The position numbers and the translations under genes were made by a program. From the NCBI GenBank assembly GCA_949300365.1, contig CASGEC010000001.1, positions 313,980-377,979 of the forward strand: a DNA stretch of 64,000 bases. Direction: 5' to 3'. How positions within the stretch are numbered: the stretch's first letter is position 1; every line of letters starts with the position of its first letter. Under the pieces are notes generated by a model, which saw nothing but the letters and a program-made list of their open reading frames with translations, had not been told where the DNA came from and made no database searches. The stretch is from an uncultured Bacillota bacterium (GTDB lineage Bacteria; Bacillota_I; Bacilli_A; RFN20; CAG-288). This document shows, piece by piece, positions 45,335-54,130 of this stretch.

Positions 45335-47308
45335 CTACTTCAGAAGGAAGGAACGGAGCTTGTCGACGATCTTCTCGGGCGTGAAGCCGAATTCCTCAAG
45401 GAGGGATTCATAGCTTCCGGACTTGCCGAAGGTATCGATGGCGATGACATGCCTTGCGTACTTGTAGAGCATGTCCCCTCTTCCCATCTCGACATAGACG
45501 CGCTTGTCATAGTCCTTTCCAAGGACTTCTTCCTTGTGGCTTTCTTCCTGCCTGTCAAAGAGAGCAGTCGAAGGCATGCTGACGACACGGCAGTCGATTC
45601 CCTCGACGAGAAGAAGCTTGCGGCATTGGGAGAGGAGGTCGACTTCGCTTCCAGAGCCGATGAGGACAAGGTCGGGCTCCTGTCGCGTTTCCTTCTCAAG
45701 GACATAGGCACCAAAGGCGCACTTCTCAAAGGAGGAATGGATCTGTAGGGGAAGGGCCTGTCTTGTCAGGATGATGGCAGAGGGATGGTCCTTGGAGGCA
45801 AAGGCAAGGCGATAGCAAGCGGCCGTCTCAACGGCATCGCAGGGGCGGTAGACGACAAAGTTGGGGATGGTCCTTAGCATCGTAAGCTGCTCGATCGGCT
45901 GGTGGGTCGGGCCATCCTCGCCGACAGCGATGGAATCATGGCTGAAGAGATAGACGACGGGAAGGCCTTCCATGGCAGACATCCTCAAGGCACCCTTCAT
46001 GTAGTCGGCAAAGACGAGGAAGGAACCGACATAGGGCCTCACGCCGTGGTGGAGGAGCATGCCGTTGGCGATGCTGGCCATGGCAAACTCGCGGATACCG
46101 AAGCGGATGTTCTTGCCTTCGGGGTGTTCCGGCGTCATGTCTTCTAGGCCCTTGACGCGGGTCTTGACCGAATCGGCAACATCGGCCGATCCCCCGACAA
46201 GGATCGGGACTTCCTGATAGAGAAGCTCCAGAAGGCTCTGGGACGTATCCCTTGTGGCCTGCTTGAAGCCTTCCGGATAGACCGGGGCGGAGGAGAAGAG
46301 GTCGTGGGCGATATCGTTTTCCAGGTATTTCTCGAACTGGAGATAGCTCTGCGGATGGTCCTTGCGATAGGAAAGAAGGTCTCTCTTGTAGGCGCTTAGG
46401 GCCTCCTCGCCTCTTTGGGCAAAGCTGTCGCGGAAAGTCTCATAGACCTGCTGTGGGACCTCAAACTCGCCATAGGGATAGCCGAGGTTCTTCTTCGTCT
46501 GGAGGACTTCCTCCGGAGAGAAGGCCTTGCCGTGGCTCTTGTGGGAGCCTTCATAGGGAGAGGCATAGCCGATGACGGTATGGCAGAGGATGAGGGTCGG
46601 CTTGCTCTGGGCCTGCTTGGCAAGGGCGATTGCCTTGCTGATCTCCTCGACGTTGTTTCCGTCCATGACTTCAAGGACGTTCCACTGGGCAGCCTCAAAG
46701 CGCAGGCGGACGTTCTCAACGGAGGAATCGGAAAGCGGGCCATCGAGCGTGCAATCGTTTCGATCGTAGAGGACGATGAGGCGGTTGAGCTTCTCGATGC
46801 CGGCAAAGGAGATCGCTTCCTGGCTGATACCCTCTTCCAGACAGCCATCGCCGACAAGGCAATAGGTGTAATGGTCGACAAGCCTTTCGCCTTCGGGATA
46901 GAGATGCCGGAGGTGCCTTTCGGCAAGGGCCATGCCGACAGCCTGGGCGATACCTTGACCCAAGGGACCGGCCGTGCAGTCGACGCCGGCGGTATGGCCG
47001 AATTCGGGATGGCCAGGCGTCAGGGAACGAAGCTTCCTGAAGAGCTTCAGCTGATCCATCGGAAGGGGATAGCCACAGAGATGGAGAAGGGCGTAGAGAA
47101 GGGCGGAACCATGCCCTGCGGAGAGGACGAAACGGTCCCGGTTGATCCAGGTCGAATCGCTGGGGGCGGCAACGAGGTGATCCCGGTAGAGGGCATAAAG
47201 CAAGGGGGCGGCGGATAGGGCCATGCCAGGATGGCCGCTTTTTGCCCGGGCGATGATGTCCAAGGCCAGGCAGCGCAGAGCAGAGACTTCCAATAACTCT
47301 TTTCTCAT
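45335..47308 (-). CDS. tkt: Transketolase
   Basis: ATG 47308 behind SD GGAGG. SGHPGMALSAAP, the GDGCLEEGISQEA TPP motif, ~657 aa. Confidence 0.93.
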   Translation of the reverse strand: MRKELLEVSALRCLALDIIARAKSGHPGMALSAAPLLYALYRDHLVAAPSDSTWINRDRFVLSAGHGSALLYALLHLCGYPLPMDQLKLFRKLRSLTPGHPEFGHTAGVDCTAGPLGQGIAQAVGMALAERHLRHLYPEGERLVDHYTYCLVGDGCLEEGISQEAISFAGIEKLNRLIVLYDRNDCTLDGPLSDSSVENVRLRFEAAQWNVLEVMDGNNVEEISKAIALAKQAQSKPTLILCHTVIGYASPYEGSHKSHGKAFSPEEVLQTKKNLGYPYGEFEVPQQVYETFRDSFAQRGEEALSAYKRDLLSYRKDHPQSYLQFEKYLENDIAHDLFSSAPVYPEGFKQATRDTSQSLLELLYQEVPILVGGSADVADSVKTRVKGLEDMTPEHPEGKNIRFGIREFAMASIANGMLLHHGVRPYVGSFLVFADYMKGALRMSAMEGLPVVYLFSHDSIAVGEDGPTHQPIEQLTMLRTIPNFVVYRPCDAVETAACYRLAFASKDHPSAIILTRQALPLQIHSSFEKCAFGAYVLEKETRQEPDLVLIGSGSEVDLLSQCRKLLLVEGIDCRVVSMPSTALFDRQEESHKEEVLGKDYDKRVYVEMGRGDMLYKYARHVIAIDTFGKSGSYESLLEEFGFTPEKIVDKLRSFLLK

Positions 47309-47334
47309 AGGTCCTCCGGTTATTTTGCTAATCC

Positions 47335-47343
47335 ATTCTACCA
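47335..47343 (-). promoter_or_regulatory. Extended -10 TGG-TAGAAT for tkt
   Basis: Minus strand reads tgtgTGGTAGAATgg, 26 nt upstream of the ATG. Confidence 0.5.
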
Positions 47344-47346
47344 CAC

Positions 47347-47378
47347 AAAAAGCGGAAGACCGAAGCCTTCCGCCTTTT
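47347..47378 (-). terminator. Rho-independent terminator ending the proS-pepP-trmL transcription unit
   Basis: Minus strand reads GCGGAAG-gcttcggt-CTTCCGC-TTTTT. It lies ~175 nt downstream of the trmL stop. Confidence 0.7.
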
Positions 47379-47553
47379 CCCATAGGACGAGGGACGATTT
47401 CCCTGTTTTTGATTTTTTAGGACCGCAACGGGCGTTTGGGATTCCTGCTCTGTGGCAGGCTTTCAACGCTGCGCCGGCATATAGGCCCATATGCAATACG
47501 TGTCGGAAAGCCGCATATGTCCTAGGTGAGTAAAGTATAGGCCCCAAAGCGCA

Positions 47554-48081
47554 TCAATGCAAGATGGAATCCTTTCCCTTGATGGCTTCCTTCAGGGCTA
47601 GGCCATGGAATCCCTGTTGCCGATTGACCTCGCCGACGATGATGCTGACGGAATCGGAGAGGTTGAGGCTTCTGGCGTTGATCGCCATCGGAATGCGCAT
47701 GGTCCTAGGAATATTCCTCTCCAGCAACTGCCTGGGAAGACCAGAGGATTCCTTTCCGAACATATAGAACTGGTCCCTGTTGGGATCGGAGAGATCGAAG
47801 TCGGAATAGACATTGGGCGAATAGCGCGTGACGAAGTAAGCGTCGTACTTTTTGTGTCCGGAAAGGAAGGTGTCCAGATCGGGATAGAGCTCGATGGGAA
47901 CGCCTGTCAGGTAGTCCATCCCTGCCCTTTTAAGGCTTTTGTCGTCCAGGGAGAAGGAAACAGGGCCGATGATCGCCAAGGAAAAATCCATCGCCATCGC
48001 AAGGCGGATGATGTTTCCGGTATTGGCCGGCTTTTCCGGCTGGAAGAGGACGATCTTCCTCACCTCTTGAAGGGCTCGCAC
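47554..48081 (-). CDS. trmL: tRNA (cytidine/uridine-2-prime-O)-methyltransferase TrmL (SpoU family)
   Basis: IVLFQPEKPANTGNIIRL...MFGKESSGLP...IPM...RSLNLSDSVSI. The start is uncertain: GTG 48081, or GTG 48063 (a GTGA overlap with the pepP stop). Confidence 0.82.
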   Translation of the reverse strand: MRALQEVRKIVLFQPEKPANTGNIIRLAMAMDFSLAIIGPVSFSLDDKSLKRAGMDYLTGVPIELYPDLDTFLSGHKKYDAYFVTRYSPNVYSDFDLSDPNRDQFYMFGKESSGLPRQLLERNIPRTMRIPMAINARSLNLSDSVSIIVGEVNRQQGFHGLALKEAIKGKDSILH

Positions 48082-49823
48082 TGCTTGTGGAGATAGGAAA
48101 GAAGTTCCGGATCGTCGATGTGGGGAGTGAGTTTCTTCTCCACCAAGGCGAGGTAGTCGTTAAGCCAAGAGAGTTCTTCGTCGTCGAGCATGGTGACATC
48201 GATCCCCTTCCGGTCGTAGGGGCAATAGGTCAGGGTCTCAAAGCCGAGGAAGTCGCCCTGGTCGGTCTTCTGCTTCTCGACGACAAGAAGCTCGTTTTCA
48301 AGACGGATGCCGTACTTCCCTTCCTTGTAGACGCCCGGCTCGATGGTGATGACATGTCCCGGAACGAGCGTGCCGTTATCATCCCTTTGCATGGTGGTGT
48401 AGTAGCGGAAGCCGATCGGGCCTTCATGGACAGGACCCATGTAGCTGACGCCGTGTCCTGTTCCGCACTTGTAGTCCAAACCTTCCTTCCACATGACTTC
48501 CCTGGCCGTGATGTCGATGGCATGGCCAGAGCAGCCGCGCATGAAGACCTGGCGGGAGAGGGAGATCTGGCTCTTGAGGGTGAGGGTGAAGTCGTGGATG
48601 ACTTCCTTTGTCGGCTTGGCAAGGAAGGTGCGGGTGATATCCGTCGTTCCGCCATAGTACTGGCCTCCGGAATCGACAAGAAGCGTCAGGGAGTCCTTCG
48701 TGAAGGGACTGTGGCACGCCTTGGTCGGGGCATAGTGCATCATCGGTCCGTTGCTATCGACGGCAGCGATCGTCTCGAAGGAGAGGTCATAGCAATCCTT
48801 TCCTCTCAGGCGGACGCCATCGAGATAGCTAGCGACTTCCAGTTCGTCGATATCCCTCGTCTGGATGTTGTCCTCGATGAACTTCATCAGCTTGAGGACG
48901 GCGACGCCATCGATCTCATGGACACGTCTCGTGTTTTCGATCTCCTTCTCGCCCTTGATGGCCTTGAGAAGATAGGCCGGGGAGGTAGCAAGGACCTTGT
49001 TCGCGATGAGGGAATAGATGCGGGCATTGGTCTTCTTGGGATCGACGAGGACCTTTTCCTTTCTCTCCTTCAGGAAGGCGAAGACAGAATCATAGGGATG
49101 GACATGGATCGTGTTCCGGTCGAAATCCTCGGGAAGCTTCTCCTCGTCGATGAAAAGATCGATGTCGCCCTTTCCGGAGAGGAAGAGGTAGGAATAGAAG
49201 ACAGGGGTATAGACGATATCCTTTCCGCGATAGCCAAGGACAAAGGCGATATCGTCAAGCGCCGTCAGGATGATACTGCTGGCACCCTTCTCCCTTGCCT
49301 TGGAGAGAACTTCATCCACCCTTTGGGAAAGCGTGGTCGAAAGGAGATTGTCATCGACGCGGAAGATCTTCTCCTTGGGAAGGGAAGGAAGATCCTGGAC
49401 GAGGAAGGAATAGTCCAGGGAATAGATGGGATGGTCCTTGTCGAGATAGAGCGCCTTGAGGTCATCGATGGAAAAGAGGGAGCTATCCATGCCAAGGGGA
49501 TAGAGCTCCTCATCCCGGATCCTTTGAAAGAGCGTCTTGACGCCCGGATGGCCATCCTTGACAAGAAGGCAGGAAGAGCCTTCCAGTTCCTTTTCCGCCT
49601 CGATCCAATAGCGGCCATCGGTATAGATCTCATAGGAATCCAAGGTGACAAGAAGGGTTCCGTCCTGTCCGCGGAAGGGGCAGAAGTATTTCCGCATCGC
49701 GCCATAGTGGTCGCAATAGGATTCCGACATATGGGGATCGGTCGCGGGGATGATATAGGCTCTTAGACCATCCTTGCGCATCTGGCGCTGAAGCAGAGCA
49801 ATTCTTTCATCGAAAATGTTCAT
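48060..49823 (-). CDS. M24B-family Xaa-Pro aminopeptidase (long form)
   Basis: 587 aa. Creatinase-like N-terminal domains plus a pita-bread C-terminal domain (HGVSYMGPVHEGP, ITIEPGVY). Confidence 0.85.
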   Translation of the reverse strand: MNIFDERIALLQRQMRKDGLRAYIIPATDPHMSESYCDHYGAMRKYFCPFRGQDGTLLVTLDSYEIYTDGRYWIEAEKELEGSSCLLVKDGHPGVKTLFQRIRDEELYPLGMDSSLFSIDDLKALYLDKDHPIYSLDYSFLVQDLPSLPKEKIFRVDDNLLSTTLSQRVDEVLSKAREKGASSIILTALDDIAFVLGYRGKDIVYTPVFYSYLFLSGKGDIDLFIDEEKLPEDFDRNTIHVHPYDSVFAFLKERKEKVLVDPKKTNARIYSLIANKVLATSPAYLLKAIKGEKEIENTRRVHEIDGVAVLKLMKFIEDNIQTRDIDELEVASYLDGVRLRGKDCYDLSFETIAAVDSNGPMMHYAPTKACHSPFTKDSLTLLVDSGGQYYGGTTDITRTFLAKPTKEVIHDFTLTLKSQISLSRQVFMRGCSGHAIDITAREVMWKEGLDYKCGTGHGVSYMGPVHEGPIGFRYYTTMQRDDNGTLVPGHVITIEPGVYKEGKYGIRLENELLVVEKQKTDQGDFLGFETLTYCPYDRKGIDVTMLDDEELSWLNDYLALVEKKLTPHIDDPELLSYLHKQCEPFKR

Positions 49824-49844
49824 TTGTGTTTCCTTCTTTTGGTT

Positions 49845-51281
49845 TTAATAGGCACGGGCGTAGTAGATGACCTGGTCGCAGTCCTTTCCGGAAAGGGGAT
49901 CCTTGTCGGCGAACTTCTTCTCGTCGAAGGGAAGGACTCTCGGCGTGGCGGAGAATTCCGCCTTCATCTTCGCTTCGTCTTCGCTTTCGCCGGTCGTCAT
50001 CATCTTGCAGAATCCCTTGTGACTGGAGAGGACATCCTTGACTTCCTCATAGGTCGTGCAGGGATAGATGTGGGACTTCAGATAGTCATAGGCCTTCTGG
50101 TACATGCCCTTCTGGATCTCGTCAAGAAGAGCGAGGATCGTCTCTTCGACGTTATCGATAGGAACCTGTCTCTTCTCGCCGTTGTAGCGGATGGAGAGGC
50201 TGACAAGGCCCTTCTCAAGATCCTTGGGGCCGAGCTCGATACGGACAGGGATACCCTTCATCTCGTACTGGCTGAACTTCCAGCCCGGCGTCTTGTCGGA
50301 ATCGTCCAGATAGACGCGGATACCGGCCTTCTTCAGTTGGTCACAAAGCTTCTGGCAGGCGACATGGACTTCCTTGCAGGTATCCATGCGGATCGGGATG
50401 ATGACGGCCTGGATCGGAGCGACCTTCGGAGGCAGGACAAGGCCCTCGTCATCGCCATGGACCATGATCAGGGCACCAAGAAGCCTCGTGGAGACACCCC
50501 AGGAAGTGTAGTGGGGATACTTGAGCTGGTTGTCCTTGTCCAGGAAGCGGATGTTGAAGCACTCGGGGAAGCCGGTTCCAAGATAGTGCGTCGTTCCGCA
50601 CTGCAATGCCTGGCCATCGGGCATCAGGGCCTCGATGGTATAGGTCTCTTCGGCTCCGGCGAACTTCTCGCTGTCGGGCTTCTGTCCCATGACAAAGGGG
50701 ATGGCCAGTAGATCCCTTCCCATTTCGTTGTAGATGCGGAGGATGGAAAGGGCGAACTGCTTGGCCTCTTCCTTGGAATAGTGGAGGGTATGGCCTTCCT
50801 GCCAGAGGAACTCGGCACCGCGGAGGAAGGGACGGGTGGTCTTCTCCCAGCGGACGACGGAGCACCACTGGTTGTATTTGATTGGCAGGTCATTGTAGGA
50901 GTGGACGATGTCCTTGAAGTGGTCGGAGAAGAGGCATTCGGAAGTCGGACGGACGACCATCGTCTCGGCAAGGTCCTTTCCGCCACCCTGGGTGACGACG
51001 GCGCATTCCGGGGCAAAGCCCTTGACGAAATCCTTCTCCTTCTGGAGCAGGGAATTGGGGATGAGGGTCGGAAGATAGACATTCCGCACGCCGAGGGCCT
51101 TGAAGCGGGCATCCAGATAGGACTGGATTTCTTCCCAGAGGGAGTAGCCATCGGGTCTGTAGACGATGAATCCCTTTGTCTTGGCATAGGACATCAGTTC
51201 CGCCTTGAGGCAGACGTCCGTATACCACTTCGTCAGATCTTCGCTTTTGGAACAGATGAACTTTACTTTCTTGTCAGCCAT
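49845..51281 (-). CDS. proS: Prolyl-tRNA synthetase, archaeal/eukaryote-like short type (no INS editing domain)
   Basis: 478 aa. Class II motifs (VRWEKTTRPFLRGAEFLWQEGHT, QCGTTHYLG) and a C-terminal Zn-domain-type tail ...VIYYARAY. Confidence 0.9.
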   Translation of the reverse strand: MADKKVKFICSKSEDLTKWYTDVCLKAELMSYAKTKGFIVYRPDGYSLWEEIQSYLDARFKALGVRNVYLPTLIPNSLLQKEKDFVKGFAPECAVVTQGGGKDLAETMVVRPTSECLFSDHFKDIVHSYNDLPIKYNQWCSVVRWEKTTRPFLRGAEFLWQEGHTLHYSKEEAKQFALSILRIYNEMGRDLLAIPFVMGQKPDSEKFAGAEETYTIEALMPDGQALQCGTTHYLGTGFPECFNIRFLDKDNQLKYPHYTSWGVSTRLLGALIMVHGDDEGLVLPPKVAPIQAVIIPIRMDTCKEVHVACQKLCDQLKKAGIRVYLDDSDKTPGWKFSQYEMKGIPVRIELGPKDLEKGLVSLSIRYNGEKRQVPIDNVEETILALLDEIQKGMYQKAYDYLKSHIYPCTTYEEVKDVLSSHKGFCKMMTTGESEDEAKMKAEFSATPRVLPFDEKKFADKDPLSGKDCDQVIYYARAY

Positions 51282-51306
51282 GGTGTGTTCTCCTTTGTGG
51301 AATCTC

Positions 51307-53043
51307 TTAGTTAAGGCTTTCCTTCAGCGCATCAAGCGCATCCTTCTCGATCTCTTCCGGCCGCGAGGAAAGTTCGCCCAAGGAACGCGACTGGAAGATG
51401 CTCCCGCCATAGTGGGCACAAAGCTCGACCTGGCTATTGTCCGCAAGGTCCTGATAGAGGATAGGAACCTTCAACGGCAGATAGTCCGACTCGATAAGCT
51501 GGAGGCTTGTCAAGGCATTCGGCTCGCCGAGCTGGCTTGTGAACTCCTTTCCCACGATGACGTAGGAGAAGAGACGAAGGAGGCGGTTCGGAAGAAGGGA
51601 GGTGGCGTTTGCGATATGGATGGCAAGGTGGAAGCCTTTCTTCTCAAGATCCTCGAAGCGCTCGATGACCTGCTTCAGGAACGGAAGATAGGGAAGAAGG
51701 TCGCTTTCCCTCAGGGAGAGGACAAGGTCGAAGTTCCTATTGTCGTTATGTCCCATCGCCTTTGCTAGGCTATCCAAAGAGGAATAGACGACAGGGAAGA
51801 GGTATTTCCTTCTTTCCTTCTGACTGCCAAGGATGGTTGCCAACTTGCCGCTGAAGGCGCGGAAGAGATCCTCGGCCCCGTTTCGGATTGTCGAGGCGAT
51901 TCTCTGGATTTCCCTAAAGTCCGTGATGGATGTGCCATAGGTGTTGATGGAGAGGATATAGAGCGATGGCTGGAAGGAAGTGATGTCCAGAGTCGGCTGG
52001 AAGTAGATGCGGAAGGTCTCGTTGCGGATAAGCATCTTCACCTCTTCCCGATCGGTCTTCCGCTTTCTTTCCTTGAGGAAGAAGTCCTGGTCATAGAAGA
52101 GGATGCTGCTCTTGTAGTCACCCTTGCGGATAGCCTCGCACATCAACTGGCATTGCTCCTTGGCCTTCTTGTAGTCCTTCTGGAAGTAGGTGCCCGTGGA
52201 GAGGCCGATAGCAAACTTCACCTTCGTGTCCGGGTGGGAGCGGTTGATGACCTGCCTGATCTTCGTTTCCAATGTCGAGGCAAACTGCATGCACATCGCC
52301 TTGGACATGTTGAGCGTGGAAAGAAGGAAGAACTCGCTTTCGGTAAAGGCCAAAAGCCGCCTGTCCTTGTTGAGATACCCTCCCAGCATTTCCAACGTCA
52401 TCTGGCTGATTTCCATGAGCTCGCGGAAGGATTCCTGCGTCTTCTGTTTCTCGTCAAGATAGAGGGAGATATAGTAGGCCGAAGCAAGGCTGTTGGGATC
52501 GCTCTCCAAAAGGAAGGATTCCGCCTCTTCGGTCGATGGAAGCATGTACTTTGCCCTTCTTCTCTTGCTGGCAGAGGGAATAAAGGCCGAGAAGGGAAGA
52601 AGATGGCTCTCGAAATGGAGGAGGCATTTCTCCCTGTTGACACCAGTCAGCTCGAGGATCGAGGGAATGGCCTTGCCACGGACATGGATCTTGACGTCCG
52701 CCTGCAGGAAGTCGCGATGGCTCTTTCCGGCGATGATGCTGTCCAGCCAGTTACGCACCTGATAGGAGTCGCTTGTCTGGAACTGGGAAACGAAGTCCTT
52801 CTCGCTCATCTCCTTGCGGCGCAGGAGGTTGTTCCGGTCGAAGAAGAAAAAGCTCTTCCGGGCATAGTCGTAGGTATAGATGCGGATGTTGCTGTCATTG
52901 ATCCTTCGATAGCAGATGGTGAAAAGGATGGTCGCGAAAAGGAAGATGGCAATCGCAAGGAAAATGGCAAGGCCAAGAAAGGCGAGCATGACGCCACCAT
53001 AGATCCAGCCGGGTGAATCGGCAAGCATAGCAAAAAGTTTCAT
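51307..53043 (-). CDS. Membrane-anchored protein with degenerate GGDEF-like and degenerate EAL-like domains
   Basis: ORF 51307..53082; start uncertain (ATG 53043 or 53082). N-terminal TM segment. The GGDEF position reads FTESEF. The EAL-domain opening LIRNETFRIYFQPTLD... carries ILS instead of EAL, HIAN instead of DDFG, and YQDLA instead of AEGVE. Confidence 0.55.
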   Translation of the reverse strand: MKLFAMLADSPGWIYGGVMLAFLGLAIFLAIAIFLFATILFTICYRRINDSNIRIYTYDYARKSFFFFDRNNLLRRKEMSEKDFVSQFQTSDSYQVRNWLDSIIAGKSHRDFLQADVKIHVRGKAIPSILELTGVNREKCLLHFESHLLPFSAFIPSASKRRRAKYMLPSTEEAESFLLESDPNSLASAYYISLYLDEKQKTQESFRELMEISQMTLEMLGGYLNKDRRLLAFTESEFFLLSTLNMSKAMCMQFASTLETKIRQVINRSHPDTKVKFAIGLSTGTYFQKDYKKAKEQCQLMCEAIRKGDYKSSILFYDQDFFLKERKRKTDREEVKMLIRNETFRIYFQPTLDITSFQPSLYILSINTYGTSITDFREIQRIASTIRNGAEDLFRAFSGKLATILGSQKERRKYLFPVVYSSLDSLAKAMGHNDNRNFDLVLSLRESDLLPYLPFLKQVIERFEDLEKKGFHLAIHIANATSLLPNRLLRLFSYVIVGKEFTSQLGEPNALTSLQLIESDYLPLKVPILYQDLADNSQVELCAHYGGSIFQSRSLGELSSRPEEIEKDALDALKESLN

Positions 53044-53173
53044 GGATAGATACAAAAATATTATAGACATACGTTTTATCAAAGCAACGAGGAGACAAAC
53101 GAAACAGAGGATAGAAAAGCGACCGCTTTTGTATTATATTAGTCCAGACGAAACCAAAATAGAGGTAAATCAC

Positions 53174-53416
53174 ATGGACATTTATGCCAAGCTCAAGGAG
53201 CTTCTCTCCGCTCAGATCCGCAAGAAGCACATCGATATCGATAGCGTCACCCCGGAGACGAGACTGGAAGACCTGGGACTGGATTCCCTGGATACGGCCG
53301 AACTTCTCATCAACATCGAGCAGGAATTCAATCTCAGCCAGGTTTCCCAGGAAGAGATGCTCGACGTCCGTACCGTCGAAGACGTCAAGAACCTGATCGA
53401 GAAGAAGAGAGGCTAA
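53174..53416 (+). CDS. acpP: Acyl carrier protein (stand-alone)
   Basis: 80 aa. Phosphopantetheine site LGLDSLDTAELL. SD AGAGGT. The ORF-track upstream extension is unsupported. Confidence 0.8.
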   Translation: MDIYAKLKELLSAQIRKKHIDIDSVTPETRLEDLGLDSLDTAELLINIEQEFNLSQVSQEEMLDVRTVEDVKNLIEKKRG

Positions 53417-53434
53417 ATTTTCGTCTTTATATTC

Positions 53435-53463
53435 TTGCAAAGCAATCCTTGATTTGGTATAGT
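53435..53463 (+). promoter_or_regulatory. Promoter TTGCAA-N17-(TGG)TATAGT for the tRNA-Asn/tRNA-Glu pair
   Basis: TTGCAA at 53435-53440 and TATAGT at 53458-53463. The tRNA starts at 53474. Confidence 0.65.
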
Positions 53464-53473
53464 GTTCTCCGCT

Positions 53474-53549
53474 GCCTACTTAGCTCAGTTGGTAGAGCAA
53501 CCGGCTGTTAACCGGTAGGTCGTAGGTCCGAGTCCTACAGTAGGCGCCA
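53474..53549 (+). tRNA. tRNA-Asn (anticodon GTT), CCA encoded
   Basis: Acceptor GCCTACT/AGTAGGC, D stem GCTC/GAGC, anticodon stem ACCGG/CCGGT with loop CTGTTAA, T stem GTAGG/CCTAC. Confidence 0.92.
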
Positions 53550-53564
53550 TCTCTTCAAGCCCAT

Positions 53565-53640
53565 GGCCTGGTGGAGAAGCGGTTAACTCACATCCCTTTC
53601 AAGGATGCATTCACGGGTTCAAACCCCGTCCAGGTCACCA
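53565..53640 (+). tRNA. tRNA-Glu (anticodon TTC), CCA encoded
   Basis: Acceptor GGCCTGG/CCAGGTC, D loop AAGCGGTTAA, anticodon stem CATCC/GGATG with loop CTTTCAA, T stem ACGGG/CCCGT. Very similar to the Bacillus tRNA-Glu as I remember it. Confidence 0.9.
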
Positions 53641-53653
53641 CTTGAAAAAAGCG

Positions 53654-53687
53654 CCTCCGATGCTTCGGCATTGGAGGTTATTTTTTT
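53654..53687 (+). terminator. Rho-independent terminator after the tRNA pair
   Basis: CCTCCGATGC-TTCG-GCATTGGAGG followed by TTATTTTTTT. Confidence 0.8.
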
Positions 53688-53788
53688 GGTTTCGAGAGTC
53701 AGTTGTCTCACCGTTTCCTTTGGAATTTATCTGCTCATCTCGTCGGTAATTTAGATCAGACAGATCCACTATGAAGCCGTTTTGCATT

Positions 53789-54130
53789 TCATCCAATGTT
53801 CAAAGGCACTGATGATGCGTCGTGGTCTTTTCCCCCGTGGTTCTCGATGAGCTCAAGCTTGTTGAGTATTCGGACGACACAGGGATTCCTGAAGGACTGC
53901 TGTCCCTTCATGACCTGGTCAAGGGTTTAACGATATATGGAAACGGGATTGGAAATCCTTGCATACTCCGAGAAGAACTTGATTTTGATGTTGGAAGGGA
54001 AATCATAATCGGCATGGCAGATCGCATTAAGGATGGCCCTCTGGAGGCTGGGTTCGGGGAAGGAGACGGTCTCAATCCTCTGCGCCTAGTGACCGACTAT
54101 CTTGGCAGAGACAGCATTGAAATCTTGAAG
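53789..54130 (-). pseudogene. Remnant of an AlbA_2/HATPase_c_4-type (putative ATP-dependent DNA-binding, Schlafen-like) gene: C-terminal part only, with two in-frame stops
   Basis: Own minus-strand translation gives ...SLQDFNAVSAKIVGH*AQRIETVSFPEPSLQRAILNAICHADYDFPSNIKIKFFSEYARISNPVSIYR*TLDQVMKGQQSFRNPCVVRILNKLELIENHGGKDH.... This matches the family pattern yP..alREAi.NAi.HRDY...i.i.if.DRiEi.NPG...S..RNP.ia..f..lg.iE..G.G. Stops are at 54086-54088 and 53927-53929. Confidence 0.5.

Noticed and set aside
51282-51306. T-box leader upstream of proS.
   Set aside because: Only 25 nt separate proS from the upstream gene. There is no specifier or T-box sequence and no room for the structure.
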